The position numbers and the translations under genes are program-made. The notes below the pieces were generated by a model. The model saw only the letters and a program-made list of their open reading frames with translations. It searched no databases and had not been told where the DNA came from. A stretch of 64,000 bases of DNA from Bugula neritina (taxonomy: Eukaryota > Animalia > Bryozoa), in NCBI GenBank assembly GCA_964035545.1, contig OZ037766.1:33511672-33575671 (forward strand). The letters run 5' to 3'. Shown piece by piece: positions 44,001 to 58,670 of the stretch (positions are counted from its first letter, which is position 1; every line of letters starts with the position of its first letter).

Positions 44001-47000
44001 TGACCATCACACCAGTTACTGTAATAATAAAGTAGTTTATAATTATGTGGTATTGCATATGATGAAAAACAATGAAATAAATATAAAAATCTAAATACAG
44101 CTCATTTATTACAACAGCAGTAGGAAAAGCCAAAAAAATGAGAAATGGAAAAATACAAAACAATCATATTTAATCTTGAAGATTAATCATTACTCAAATA
44201 AGTAGAAGAGTGTCATCATGCTCAATTAAGTTAAAATATGATTTGTTGAAAGAGCCATAACCTGATAAATGATAAAGCTTATAGCAAATATACCTGATTG
44301 TTACCAGCAAGCTAAACATAGTTACCAAGTGAGAACAAAATACTTCCCTAGTCTGGAGGCTGCTGAGTCACAATAAACTGATCAAACTATTCTTACTGAT
44401 AGAGCAGACAATTTGAAAGTGTGAGCCTTTGAATATCCTAAAGAAAACAACTACCTCATCATATTCCAAGAAACTGAGAGAAGACAACTACATAATGAAA
44501 ATTTAGGAAAACAAAAGAAGACAACTTCGCAATGGAACTTCGGGAAAACAAGAGAAGACAACTACATGATGAAACTTTAGGAAAAGACAACTACATTAGG
44601 AACAAGCAGCAAGTTGAACGAATTCCTATTAGAAAAGTTGGCAGAGAATAAAATTATAACCTCACGTGAAACAGTATGGTACATTATTGATTATAACCAA
44701 AGATACACTATAGAATAAATACATCTACATACATATGTGGATTTAAATTTATAGAATGTGGTTGAAAACCACAAGTTTTCTTTATAAATAACTAGAATAG
44801 TCAGAATGTGACACAACATTATAAACATCATAGTTTGGAATGTTTTACAATATTGGAGAAGATGTTAAATATTAGAAGAAATTATAAATCGGAAAACAAC
44901 ATCAGTAGATTAAAACACTGAAGGGAGCTAACCTAAAAAATACTGAGTAGAAACAAACAACAGCTTTCACACTGATGAGAAACTGTCAACAGTCTGAAAT
45001 AGCAAAAGTGACAACTAAGAGCCACAGAGGCAGCATTATCTAAGGGACTTTCAACATGCATCACAAAACATGCTAAATAAACTGAAAGAAATGAATCAAC
45101 ATATTATAGACTGTTGAAACAAAAAAAATTAACTAAGCAGAATCGGAAGGAACAGAATGCATGGGGAGGCAGCAGCAGCTGTTAACAGACAATATTAGTA
45201 GCTTGAATATGCACCAACTAATAGATATAGGAGTAATGGCCTAGTAATACTAGACATACTAGGTAAATTATGCATGCAGATCATATATAATAACGGTGGT
45301 AACCTTTTACTATACTGTAATCGGTGTTAGTAATGACAATAAATTATGCATATTATAATAATTACAAAATAAAATGCCTAACCCAAAATTTTAAAATGAA
45401 AGCCCGACTTCGTTTTCTTACCACAAGCAAACATAGCACTATGTAAACTTATATTATTTAATAAGAGGTTTTCACACAGCTAGCAATAAATTGACAAAAT
45501 AACAAATATGATTGAAGAGTGCTCATTTAGTTGGAATGAGGTTTGCTGCTAGCATTTACAGGAAACAGCTTAAACAACTTCGAAATCAAATAAATTGCTT
45601 ATTGATGGTGTTCAACAGAGGTAATGACTTTATTAACAAGAAAGTAAAATCCTAAAATAAAATCCCAATAATGTGCTGATTTCTCATCTCTTCAGTCAAA
45701 TTTTGTATTGACATTCAGACAAACAAGGATAAGATGCATATATTTTCACTTCTACTCAGCTCATATTCTCCTGGCTATATGTTCCAACACACTACTAAAA
45801 ATTTAGACATGCGAAAGATTATAACCAGCTAACCTCACACTGCCAATAGAGTAGTATGCAGTTCACCTCAGTCTGAAAATAGCTCAGGTCAAGTAGAGAT
45901 CAAACAACTCCAACTAATACCAAACCATCCAGAAGGAATATTATGAAGCAGCAATCAGTAACCTGTAAGTGAAACAAACCAGCACTGAGTCTGAGTCACT
46001 CAGGTTGCAGACGCATCTAAAGCAAATGAAGCTGTAAAGGTATATATATGGCATCTTTCCATATGGAGCTAGGGTAAGGTTGGCAAGAACTTTTACAATA
46101 TGCTGTTTCAACTTTTATTAGAAACATGTTTGGCAATTATTGAATCAAATAAACAAATAAAACTCTTAAAACAAAATAAAATGACAGAAAAGCAGCCATG
46201 TGTTACAATAATGCTAATCAACAGTAGATTTCATAGCTAATAGGAGCAGATATAGGTCAACTGATTTTACTTCACAGCCGTGCACTGGAAGTTTTACTAA
46301 TTCCAAGAGTTGGTAGTGAAGGTTAGACAACTTCAACTTAATGAAAGGAAAAGTGAATATTGTTGCAATAAGCAATTCACTTAGACACAAACCTGAACCG
46401 ATGAAAACTTTCATTGAATCAAACACAGAGAGAAGACAACTTCTACATCGCATCTCATGGATTTAAAACCAGTCTTGATAGCAAGGGAACTTTTATCTGC
46501 ATGTGGTTGAACACGACTACAAAACAGACAATAAATATTCTAAACTACCTTAATATATAAAACATTTTATTTTAATTTGCTAATAGTAATTGTTTGCAGA
46601 GCTGCGATACTAGTCTACTGACTACAAGTGATTAACTTAAACAAATTCACAAGACTTGGAGTTAACAAGACTAAAATAATAAATAAACCACAACATTGTT
46701 ACTACCACTTCAAACAGAAATAGATATACATGAATTATGGACATCAGTTATCAAGAAGAATACAAGAAGCACAAGATAATTCTTCCAATACATCGTGTAA
46801 AACTAGTAAAATTGAAACCACAGAGAAAATTATTGTAAATAATAAATACCTAATTATAACCAAGATGGGGCTCACAGAACTGACCACAGTTGACTAGGTC
46901 ACATCTTCCTGGTGTAGACCATATGTTCTCTAATGTGTGAATATCTGAGCTGCTCGCAGACATTCTAAAAAACAACACACATTTGACAAATTGAAGTTGT

Positions 47001-48055
47001 TGAATAAATGATGACAGACATGTATGAGACAAATTATAGACTGTAGAATCTAGAGTATGGGAAATTTGTATCATGATAAAATCAACTTAGTCTACAGAAC
47101 CAGAAAAGACACTTCTTTGAATCAGAAACTTTTTCAGTTGAAACAACGTAAACTGAATATTCCACTTTTTAATTTCAAGGAATGATTATGACTATAATAT
47201 GAGTATGTAACTGAAATAAAGTCAAACAAATTGAATTATTGGGTAGGAGTTAAAATTTATTGCACAGTTATGGCTATTTTGAAAAGAAAAGCTGATTTCA
47301 ATTATGAGCCACACAGTACAGAGCAGCAAATCAATGAATTAAAATCATAAGCTTGTACCTGTGGTGAGCAAAGCAACAGCCGCACTATTACAGAAAGGTC
47401 ATTGTAAAATGTTAGTGTAAATATTTGTGCGAAGTTTAATACTCCTGCAGGGGGGTTGATATAGAATTACAAAAATTATGTCTAATGATCATATATCACA
47501 ACAAAATACCGTAATTATTAAAACGGCATTATAATAATATATAAATTAACCATCCCTTCAGTGTGGATAACAATTAATTAAGGCAAGCAGATAAAATCAA
47601 GCTGAAGACAGGTCTACTGTAAAATGAAAAATTTATAGAACGAAAATGAAAAAAAAACTGTAAACACTGAAATAAAAATAAAATATGATACAAGCAAAAA
47701 TGGCTTGGCATATTATATAATTAATGGTACAGCAGCACCAATATTATGCCTAGACAAGAAATTATCCCAAAGGATAAATTTTCAATAAACTAAAGAAATG
47801 AGCACTGAGTCACTGCATCAACTATTAGCTAGAAAAACTTACATGGAACTAAAAGCAGTATAACAGCTAGGGTGCTAAAATGTATAGCTCACTATTTGTA
47901 GTATTACTAACATTATTATTCTTAGTATTGATTTTGTGGTTTAGCTCAACAAACCAGAGGAGAACAGGGTAGAATTGTTACCTTGAAATCAAGCCAATTT
48001 AAAGCCAAGCTAAATTGAGATTTATTATATAAGCCTTGCAGCTGCATTTCCTCAA

Positions 48056-48451
48056 TTGAGTGCTTTAAATATTTGTTTTTGGAAATTTTTTAAAAGTTCT
48101 TAAACTTGTTCATTGAGCTAAAACATATAAAACACTATAAATTAAGCTCATGAATTACAACCATGTTCAGTACCAGTGAGATGCACAGAATAAAAAGTGT
48201 CTATCATTGAAACTGTAATTAAATCAAGTTTATGTTGATAATCGAATAAAATTTGTTCAATTAAACAATTCATTTATAATTTTTATTATAAATCTTTAGT
48301 GAAAACATGTAACAAAGGGCAAAAAACTGGGTGAAATCATCCGCAACTACCCTCTGTAAACATATAATAATATGAGCCACGCCCCCTACCGATAAGTAGC
48401 ATAATGGTGGACAACGCCCTAAAATCGCCGCTCTCATATCAATCATATCTG
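48056..48451. mobile_element. Right half of the TIR element at 51452-52278, captured in a duplication
   Basis: Similar to about 51885-52278, including the right TIR and flanking GGGTGAGG. Confidence 0.7.
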
Positions 48452-51451
48452 GGGTGAGGTTGACAAGAGCTTTTACAATAGGCTGTTTTAACTTTTATTA
48501 GAAACATATTTGGCAATTTTTGAATGAAATTAACAGCTACAACTTTTAAAACAAAATAAAACGACAGAAAAACAGCCATGTGTTACGGTAGTGTTAATCA
48601 ACAGTGGATTTCATAGCTAATAGGAGCAGATATAGGTCAACTGAGTTCACCTAACTGCCTAGCACTGGAAGTTTTACTAATTCCAAGTGTTGGTAGTGAA
48701 GGTTAGACAACACAAACTTAATGAAAGGAAGAGTAAATATTGTTGCAGTAAGCAATTAATTTAGACGCAAACCTGAACTGATGAAAAGTTTTGATGAATG
48801 AAACACAGAGAGAAGACAACTTCTACATGTCGGCTTGTGAGCATCTCACAGATATAAAACTGGTCTTGATATCAAGGTATAGCTTCTATCTGCATGTGGT
48901 TAAACACAACTACAAAACAGACAAGAAATATTCTAAACTACCTCAATAAATAAAACATTTTATTTTAATTAGCTAATATAGTAAATGTTTGCAGAGCTGG
49001 GATACTAGTCACAAGATGTCGAGTTAACAAGACTAAAATAATAAATAAAACATTACTTTTTCACTATTAAAGATGAAATAGATAAACATAAATTATGGAC
49101 ATCAGTTATAAAAAAGAATACAGAAAGTACAAGATAATTAATTCCTAATATTCTGTTAAATTGGTAAAATCAAAAACACAGAGCTAATTATCATAAATAA
49201 TAAATACCTAATTATAACCAAGATGGGGCTCTCAGAACTGACCACAGTTGGCTAGATCCTATCTTCCTGGTGTAGACCATATGTTCTCTAATGTGTGAAT
49301 ATCTGAGCTGCTTGGAGACATTCTAAAAAATGAACACATTCGATGAATTAAAATTGTTGAATAAATGATGACAAAACATGTATGAGACAACTTACAGACT
49401 GTAAAATCTAGAGTATTGGAAATTTACATGGTGATAAATTTTTATTATGATAAAATCAGCATAGTCTACAGAACCAGGAGAGAAACTTCTTTGAATCAGA
49501 AACACAACTTGTTTTAGTTGAAGCAGCTTAAACTGAATATTCCACTTTAACTTTTGAATTTCGATCCATGATTATGACCATGATGAGTATGTAACTGAAA
49601 TAAAGTCAAACGAATTAAATCATTGGGCAACAGTTAAACTTTATTATACTGGTAAGGCTGTAGTGAAAAAAATTAAAACATGTGATTTCAATTATACTAT
49701 TATTCTCAGTATTGATTTTGTATAGTTCAGTTCAACAGACCAGAGAAGAACAGGGTAGAAGTTGTGTTGAAATTAAGCTAATTTGAAGCTAAGCTAAATT
49801 GAAATTCATTATACGCCTTGCAGTTGTATTAACTCAAATGACTGCAGAATCAAATTGATAAAAAATGAGTGGCAGCTTATAAATTGAATAAAATATTCAA
49901 TTTGAATTCTAAGCCTATGAATGAATACAGATTAACAAACAGTTTACTAAAGACGGTACAAAATTATTAAATGACGTGCTAAATAAAGGATTACTTTGGT
50001 AAGATGACCAAACAGTTTCAGTTGCTGGACCAGTCAGTTTGAAGGGCAACTTAGTAACGACAGTGCAGAAATTGGCAGAAATTGAACAGGTGAGCTAGAA
50101 AAACTGCTTGTTCGAGAAGCTATTCAGGTAAATGATGAAAATAAATGTTGCAACTTGTGATTTGACTTTTGGAACTTTTATGGAGCTTCATCATCCTTCT
50201 AACCATTCACCATTAAATCACTAATTTCTCTTATCGTATGCAACTAGATATTAGCATGAGGTTAGGGACCTAAAGAAAAAGGACAGGGCTGTGCATGCAC
50301 TTGCTTAGTCCTAACTCTGACTACTGGTTGCAGGTAAACATTCAACTACTTGTTTGAAATGTGTTGGGGGAGGTCATGGTCATGAATTACTAGACATTCT
50401 GTATAGCATTAAGTTTACTATAATATGTGTATACTGTCACTGTATGCCTGATGAAATAACTTTTATGGACATCGATTTTAAATAGCAGGAATTTGGGATA
50501 AGGTAACTTTAGAAAATAAAGATTTAAAATAAAACATACCACGGACAGATCAAGATGAGGCTTACAGGGATAGGAAGAATAACACACAGAGAAAAAGAGT
50601 ACAGGTTGCTGTTCCTCTGCCCATTCTGTAATACAAAAAAATAGTAAATAAACTTGTTCAAAATACACTAGAAAAAAGGAAGCAATAGAAACATAACCTG
50701 TAGAGTTTTTTCTATCAAATTGACAAATTTACTAGTAAATTCCAAGCATTCAGAAAACACTCAACACTATGTTAACTCTGTAGAAGTATATATTATATCT
50801 AAAGTTTCTAAGTGGTTAAATGATTGAACCAACATCAAAACTTTCTACCCATATATAATACAGATGTGTGATATAAATAGGAAATCTAGTAATGTAATGA
50901 GTCTTGTGAAACAGTATAAATTTACAGCTCTAAAACCCACGTCGCAAACCAACAATTGAAAGAATCAAGACAGAAATTTACAATAAAAGTAGCTTTAAAA
51001 CAATAAAATTTAGTTGAAGCATGAAACACCAGTTTTAGAGAATATAGAAAATAAGTATATTGTATAATGCATACTACGAGAGACTTTGACAAAATTACGC
51101 TGTACATGCCACAGTTAGCCCTAATTTGCTAATAATTCAAAAATGCAACATCCAGCAGCATGACTGAAACTGAAAACTTGGACATGCGAAAGTAATAACC
51201 GGCTAACCTCACACTGCAAATAGAGTAGTATGCAGTTCACCTCAGTCTGAAAATAGTTCAGGTCAAGCAAAGATCAAACAACTCCAACTAATACCAAACC
51301 AACCAGAAGGAATATTATGAAGCAGCAATCAGTAACCTGTAAGTGAAACAAACCAACACTGGGTTTGAGCCAGAAAAGTTTCAGACATATCTAAAACAAA
51401 TAAAGTTGCAAAGATATGTAAATGATATCTTCATACGAAGCTAGGGTGGGG

Positions 51452-52278
51452 CAAAGGTGATCTATATGAGAGTGGCGACTTTAGGGAATCATGGGGACAT
51501 CATTATGCAGAATTCTGAGCTGCGAGTTTATATAAGTTAAAAAGGGAAAATTTTGTCACTTTTTTATTTCATTATTATTTCTATTTTATGTGTACATTTT
51601 TAATTTTACTTATTGCTATAGTTTTTAAACACATTCTTTATGCATATAAAATTAAAAGCAAGTTTAAAACTCGCTCACTAATAATTATGCACGTGTAGCT
51701 TAATATATTGACAATAGAAAGCCCAAAGTTATTCAATTTAATTTTAAATAGCATGATTCTTAGGATGAGGAAATTTATTTGAATTAAATTCTTAAAAATT
51801 ATCATTATTTGAACTATTTTAAAAAGTTTTATCTAATACTAAGCTCACACCTTTTAAGCCATAAAAACAATCATTAAATAATTCATTGAGTGCTTTAAAT
51901 ATTTTTTTTGTTTTTGGAATTTTTTTAAAAGTTCTTAAACTTGTTTTTTGAGTTAAAACATATAAAACACTATAAATTAAGCTGATGAATTACAACCGTG
52001 TTCAGTGCCAGTAAGCTGCACAGAATAAAACGTGTCCATGATTGAAACTGTAATTAAATCAAGTTTCTGTTGATAATCAAATAAAAATTGTTGAATTCAT
52101 TATAATTTTTATCATAAATCTTTAGGGAAAACATGCAAAACAGGACCAAAAACTCAGTGAAATTATCACGCAACAATCCACTGTAATTATATAATAATAT
52201 GAGGCACACCTCCTACCAATAAGTAGCATAATGGTAGACAACGCCCTAAAATTGCCACTCTCATATTGATCATCTCAG
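51452..52278. mobile_element. Non-autonomous TIR element (about 830 bp, about 35-bp TIRs, degenerate 8-bp TSD; P- or hAT-like)
   Basis: Left end CAAAGGTGATCTATATGAGAGTGGCGACTTTAGGG; right end CCCTAAAATTGCCACTCTCATATTGATCATCTCAG. Flanks are GGGTGGGG and GGCTGAGG. Empty sites GGGTAAGG occur in paralogues at about 39318 and 46072. Confidence 0.78.
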
Positions 52279-55200
52279 GGCTGAGGCTGACAAGAGCTTT
52301 TACAATAGGCTGTTTTAACTTTTATTAGAAACATGTTTGGCAATTTTTGAATGATATTAACAGCTACAACTTTTAAAACAAAATAAAACCACAGAAAAGC
52401 AGCTATGTGTTACGGTAGTGTTAATCAACAGTGGATTTCATAGCTAATAGGAGCAGATATAGGTCAACTGAGTTCACCTAACTGCCTAGCACTGGAAGTT
52501 TTACTAATTCCAAGGGTTGGTAGTAAAGGTTAGACAACTTTAACTTAATGAAAGGAAGAGTTAATATTGTTGCAATAAGCAATTCATTTAAACACACACC
52601 TGAACGGATGAAAAGTTTTGTTGAATCAAACACAGAGAAAACAACTTCTACATGTCGGCTTGTGAGCATCTCATGGATATAAAACGGGTCTTGATGGCAA
52701 GGTGACTTCTATCTGCATGTGGTTAAACACAACTACAAAACAGACAATAAATTTTCTAAAATACCTTGATATATAAAACATTTCATTTTAATTTGCTAAT
52801 AGTAAATGTTTGCAGATCGAGCTGATTAACTTGAACAATTCCACGGGACTTGGAGTTAACAAGACTAAAATTATGAATAAAAGATAACATTTTTACTACT
52901 TCAAACAGAAATAGATAAACATGAATTATGGACATTAGAATACAAGAAGTACAAAATAATGATTTGCCTAACATCATTTAAAATTGGTAAAATTGAAAAC
53001 GGAGAGAATTATCGTAAATAATAAATACCTAATTATAACCAACATGGGGCTCTCAAAACTGACCACAGTTGGCTAGGTCCTATCTTCCTGGTGAAAACCA
53101 TATGTTCTCTAATGTGTGAATATCTGAGCTGCTCGGAGTGATTCTAAAAAAAAACAAAACACATTTGATAAATTAAAATTGTTGAATAAATGATGACAGA
53201 TACATATGAGACATCTCATAGGTTCTAAAATCTAGAGTATTGAAAATTGTATCATGATAGAATCAACATAGTCTACAGAACCAGGAAAGAAACTTCTTTG
53301 AACAAGAAATATAACTTGTTTTTTTATAGTTACAGCAGTTTAAACTGAATTTATTCCACTTAAACTTTTTAATTTCGAACCATGATTATGACCATGATGA
53401 GTATGTAACTAAAATAAAGTCAAACAAAATAAATCATTCAGCATAAGTTGAACGTTACTATAGCGAGAAAAAAATTAAAATATTAGATTTCAATTATACT
53501 ATTATTCTTAGTATTGATCTTGTAGTTCAGTTCAACAGACCAGAGTAGAACAGGGTAAAAGTTACGTCAAAGTCAAGCCAATTTGAAGCTAAGCTAAATT
53601 GAAATTTATTATAACTATAATTATAAGCCTTGCAGTTGCATTTACTCAAATGACTGCAGTATCAAATTGACTAGAAATGGGTAGCAGTCTATCAATTAAA
53701 TAAAATATGCAATGTGAAATCCAAGCCTATGAATAAATACAGATCAACAATCAGTAAACTAAAAGATAACGTTGATAAAAAGTTATTAAATGACATGCTA
53801 AACAAAGGTTTACCTTGGTAAGATGACCAAACAATTTCAGTTGCACGACCATTCACTATGAAGAGTAACTTACTATAATGACCGTGCAGCAGACGTGCTC
53901 AGTGATCCGTAACCAATCATTGCTCAGTCGTCTGTAACTGACCACGTGATTATTGGGGCATGCGCTATATCTCATGACTCACTTCCAATGGTGTTACCAT
54001 TGAACTATAACTATAAGGTTATTGTTTCAGTTCAGTGGGTGTTACCAAATCAGCGATTTGTATGCAGCAAAAAGATCAATACTAATTTTAGTGCCTCAGA
54101 TTCTATGGGGCCTCAAGTTTCAGAATATAATGAAGGGAAAACAGAGATGTAGCAATCAAATACTTTTAAAAATTTGTCCTCTTTATGCAGCATTATCAAT
54201 CATGTTTAGGGCAAAATAAACAGGAAAAGATATCACTATGCTAAATTAACCATCAAGAAAAGAAACACAAATTAATGACCCAAAAAAACACAAAGAAATT
54301 GAACAGGTGAGCTGAAGAAACTGTTGTTTAATTCTAAAAGCTATTCAGGTAAATGATGAAAATGAGTGTTGCAACTTGGAATTTGACTTTTGCAATTTTT
54401 ATGGAGCTTCATCGTCCTTCTAACCATTCACCATTAAATCACTAATTTCTGTTATTGAATGCAACTTATAGATATTAGCATGAGGTTAGGGACCTAAAGA
54501 AAGAGGCCAGGGCTGTGCATGCACTTGCTTACTCCCAACTTTGACTACTGGTTGCAGGTAAACATTCAACTAGTTGTTTGAAATAAGTTGGGACAGGTCA
54601 CGGTCACGAATTACTAGACAATCTGTACAGCATTAAGTTTATTATAAGATGTGTGTACTGTTACTGCCTGATAAAATAACATTAATCCATAATTTTAAAT
54701 AGCATGATATTTAGGATTAGGGAATTTTTCGCTTATATAAAGCAATCTCATATTTCTAAACACTTGTAATTCTCAATAATTTAAACAGATGTTGAAAATA
54801 CATCAAACTTGAATATTGTTAAATAATAGTAAGAGAAGAAGAGGCTATGATATAACAACAGAGAGCGAAGAAAGGACTAGAAAACAAAGGTTTAAAATAA
54901 TACATACCAAGAGCAGATAGAGATGAGGCTTACCGAGATGAAAAGAATAACACAGAGAGAAAAAGAGTACAGGTTGCTGTTCCTCTGCCCATCCTGTAAC
55001 ACAAAAAGTAGTAAATAAACTTGTTCAAAATACAATAGAAAGAAGGAAGCATGAATTATGGCAATAGAAACCTAACCTGTATAATTTTTTCCTCCAAACT
55101 GACAAATTAATAAGTAGATTCCAAGCATTCAGAAAACACTCAACACTATGTTAACACTGTAGAAGTATATATTATATATAAAGTTTCTAACTGGTTAAAT

Positions 55201-56859
55201 GATCGAACCGACATCCACATTCTCTACTCATGCATATGATACAGATGTATGATATAAGTTATAGGAAATCTAGTAACGTAATGAGTCTTGTGAAACAACT
55301 TACACAGAAGTAAAATACTATATCAGTTTAACTTGAGTTCAAATATAATTAGTAATTTTTGAAAATACAACTTGATGAAAAGTTTGAAACTATTTACTTG
55401 TTGAATTGTGATTAAATGAAAATTTGTGAACAATTCTATAGATAAATAGCTTCATCAAGGAGACATGTTATACTTAATAAGAATTACCTCCATATATAGC
55501 TCTTACAGCTGACACATGCCAAGAATAATCTAGAATGACTTTGTCCAACTTTACACCCAATTGGTTGGCTGTCAAGTAGCTGACCATGTGACCATCACAC
55601 CAGTTGCTGTAAGAGTAAAGTAGTCTATAATTATGTGGTATTGCATATGATGAAAAACAATGAAATAAACATAAAATTATAAATTTATACAGCTCATTTA
55701 TTACAACAGCAGTAGAAAAAGCAAAAAAAAAGAAATGGAGAAATACAAAAAAATCAAATTTAATCTTGAAGATTAATCATTACTCAAATAAATAGAAGAG
55801 TGTCATCATGCTTAATTAAGTTGAAATATGATTTGTTGAAAGAGCCATAACCTAATAAATAATAAAGCTAGCAAATATACCTCATTGTTACCAGCAAGCT
55901 GAAAATAGTTACCAAGTAAGAACAAAATACTTCCCTAGTCTGAAGGCTGCAGAGTCACAATAAACTGATCAAACTATTCTTGCTGACAGAGCAGACAATT
56001 TGAAAGTGTGAGCCTTTGAATATCCTAGAGAAGACAACTACCTCATCATATTCCAAGAAATTGAGAGAAGACAATTATATAATGGAACTGTAAGAAAATA
56101 GGAGAAGACAACTACATTATGAAAGTTTAGGAAAACAAAAGAAGATAACTTCATAATGGAACTTCAAGAAAACAAGAGAAGACAACTACATTAAGAGCAA
56201 GCAGCAAGCTGAACAAATCTCTATTAGCAGAGTTGGTTGATAATAAAATTATAACATCACGTGAAACAATATGGTGCATTATTGATTATAATCAAAAACA
56301 CACAACAGAATGGATATGTAATTATACAGGGGTGTAAATGATATTTAGAAAAGACTGCAAATTTCCTCTACAAATAACTAGAATATTCAAAATGTGAATC
56401 AGAAACTTAAACAGATGGAAAATTTGTAATGTTTTACAATAATATTAGAGAATTTGCGAAATGGGGTTTGAGGTTTGAACTGAAAAACTGAAGAGAACTA
56501 ACATAAAAATACTTAGAAGAAACAAACAAAAGCTTTTACACAAATCTGAGAAACCGGGAACAGACAGAAATGGCAAAAGTGAAGCAGAGTGAAGTGAAGA
56601 CAACAGTCATAAAAGCATTCTACTGCCTGCATGTGTTACTAATCTGAATTCAGCAGATGAAGTGTTATATTAGGATCATAATTGACTTTGTAAACACTAT
56701 TCATAAAATACAGTAGATTACAAGAAGCAGGCCGTAATGGTGAAACTGATTGCCTCGAAATATTGAGTAGTGATTTAAAAAAATCAACTTTGGCAAAATC
56801 TGAGCATGATCATGGTGTTTAAACGGTATGAAAATACTTAATAGGGGATGAGGGAATAA

Positions 56860-57780
56860 ATTGCCAAAACTCAAAATGAGTGAATCATAATACATGCAAA
56901 TTAAATGATTTTGAACTGAAAATGAGCTCAAACTGAGTAACTTAAATGAATGAAAAATAGGAACAAATTACCATTCTAATATAACATAAACTTGAGTATG
57001 AAAATACAAAACAGATTATATTTCTATATTACCATTACCTGTTTGTCACTAGTATAAAAACAAACAAAACTAATGGAGTAAAATTTTTACTTTATTCATA
57101 ATATCAATTTGAATGATGAATATAAATTTTCGTAGTCATATAGTGATGGTAAAAAAGTAAAATAGTAGTGATTATAACAATGAATATCAATATGCATAAA
57201 ACCCCATTTCCAAGAGACTAGAACAAGTACTAAAACTAGACGAACGAAATACAAATAAAAACACCCAACTTGAAATAACATTTCATTACAATTATGCCTC
57301 ATGGTCATAGTCATGCGTATAAGTTACCAGAGTTATGGGAAAATAAAACAAAAAGGGAGACTGGAAGAGAATGAAAATGAGAATAATAATCAATAACATA
57401 ATTTAAATTATTATCATAATGATAATCATTAGGCATTGCAGTTATGATTATAATTATTAAAGTATAATAATAGTTGACATTATAATCATTATCGACTTTT
57501 GTTACCTAGGACTATCAATATCATATTGATAATTATTCTGATAATCAAAACAAAAATGACAACTATAACTATTAATATTACTGTTAGTGTTAGTGCAAGT
57601 AAATTGAAGTATTTGAGTTAGTAATAGTAATAAGATACTAAAACTACTAACAATAGTCGAGTGAGCTACTATTACTCTAATACTAATAGCATTACCCAAG
57701 ACTTAGTATTGCTATTACTAACATAATCATAATGATGAAGTTAATCATAAAATGAAAGCGATCAAAATTAAATCCAATGA
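56860..57780. repeat. Cryptic 3/6-bp periodic low-complexity tract with drifting motif (tract C)
   Basis: ATAATG ATAATC ATTAGG, TTACTG TTAGTG TTAGTG, AGTAAT AGTAAT; the ORFs here show dipeptide alternation (MTMTM, LVLVLVLV, CTNTNSNIN). Confidence 0.7.
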
Positions 57781-57986
57781 GCCGGGTCTTGAAATTTAAT
57801 TGAATTAGCAGTTAATACAAACATATTACGGCGACAGGGTTAACAATTTTCTAAACAGAACTTGCAGAAGAGATCAATGTAGGTTCAGCCGAATGAATGA
57901 TGACTGGCAATCCAATTAGAACCACGATTGAACATGTGGCTGTTACGTCATGTATCGTAATGCATGACTGGCCGTGCGCAAGTTTA
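57780..57986 (-). promoter_or_regulatory. CpG-enriched promoter/first-exon-like patch, probably minus-strand
   Basis: CpG excess, CRE-like TTACGTCA at about 57942, CCAAT at about 57912, and a possible minus-strand donor GCC|gtaat at about 57830. Confidence 0.4.
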
Positions 57987-58670
57987 ACCCCCTATTCACA
58001 CTTACCGTACCGTACGCCGTAACAGCAAATTTTAGCAATTTTTGTTAACATCCGGGATAAATCGTACTCCGGTTTACGTTGCGGCGTTGATCAAGCAGTG
58101 CTTGATTCAAAAAATCACGGCGGGCTCCTATTGGGTAGAGTTGATCTGGTACTAAAATTAAAGAACATTTTCGCTAGTTTATTTTAATCGCTTATTTTTG
58201 ATTTAATTTAATCAATTCAAAAGTTTTAAAAGATTAAAAAATCTTTATCCGGCTTGTTTGAATTAAACTTAGCTTAAAAATCTAGCTTTCCCTAATTACA
58301 AAATCAAGCAAAACAAAAACTTAAAAATGATTTGGACGGCTTAAATATTCATTATTTAAATTAGTTTGCACAATTATTTTAAAAACGAATATATTTAAAA
58401 AAAAGATTCTTTTCATGTAATTGCTTTTATTTAGTAAATAGCATTTATATAACATCTTTTGATAAGAATGTTGCGAATAAGTTGTAAATAATATTCAAAG
58501 GCGTTCAAATCACCGCAGACAAGAGTTGGCTTTATTACGATTGGTCACAGCTCACCGTCATGCATTGTACTTTTACGGCAATGTGTGAACACCCGTTGAC
58601 AAAATGCAACAGCGTCGCCATTTTATTTTTGCTGTTACGGCGTACGATACGGTAAGTGTGAATGAGGGGT
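57987..58670. mobile_element. PIF/Harbinger-like MITE, 684 bp
   Basis: TIRs of about 43 bp: ACCCCCTATTCACACTTACCGTACCGTACGCCGTAACAGCAAA and TTTGCTGTTACGGCGTACGATACGGTAAGTGTGAATGAGGGGT. Flanks TTA / ATA fit a TWA-type 3-bp TSD with one mismatch. Confidence 0.85.

Larger units (their letters stand above)
38660..56030 (-). pseudogene. Duplicated, decayed minus-strand exons of an unidentified gene, possibly LRR-containing
   Basis: Recurrent AG/GT-bounded segments that are conserved between copies, e.g. about 55490-55607 NWCDGHMVSYLTANQLGVKLDKVILDYSWHVSAVRAIYG and about 55930-56025 DIQRLTLSNCLLCQQE*FDQF. Most copies carry stops or frameshifts. The LRR assignment is weak. Confidence 0.45.
37850..56600. 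repeat. Subtelomeric mosaic of direct segmental duplications (2-4 copies of kb-scale blocks)
   Basis: Near-identical pairs: 39810-41576 with 46355-47610, and 41577-43175 with 49575-51165. Other matches: 43185-45000 with 54740-56580; 45800-46070 with 51178-51450; older copies at 48740-49570 and 52560-54700. ORFs 42935 and 50922 translate identically. Confidence 0.92.
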
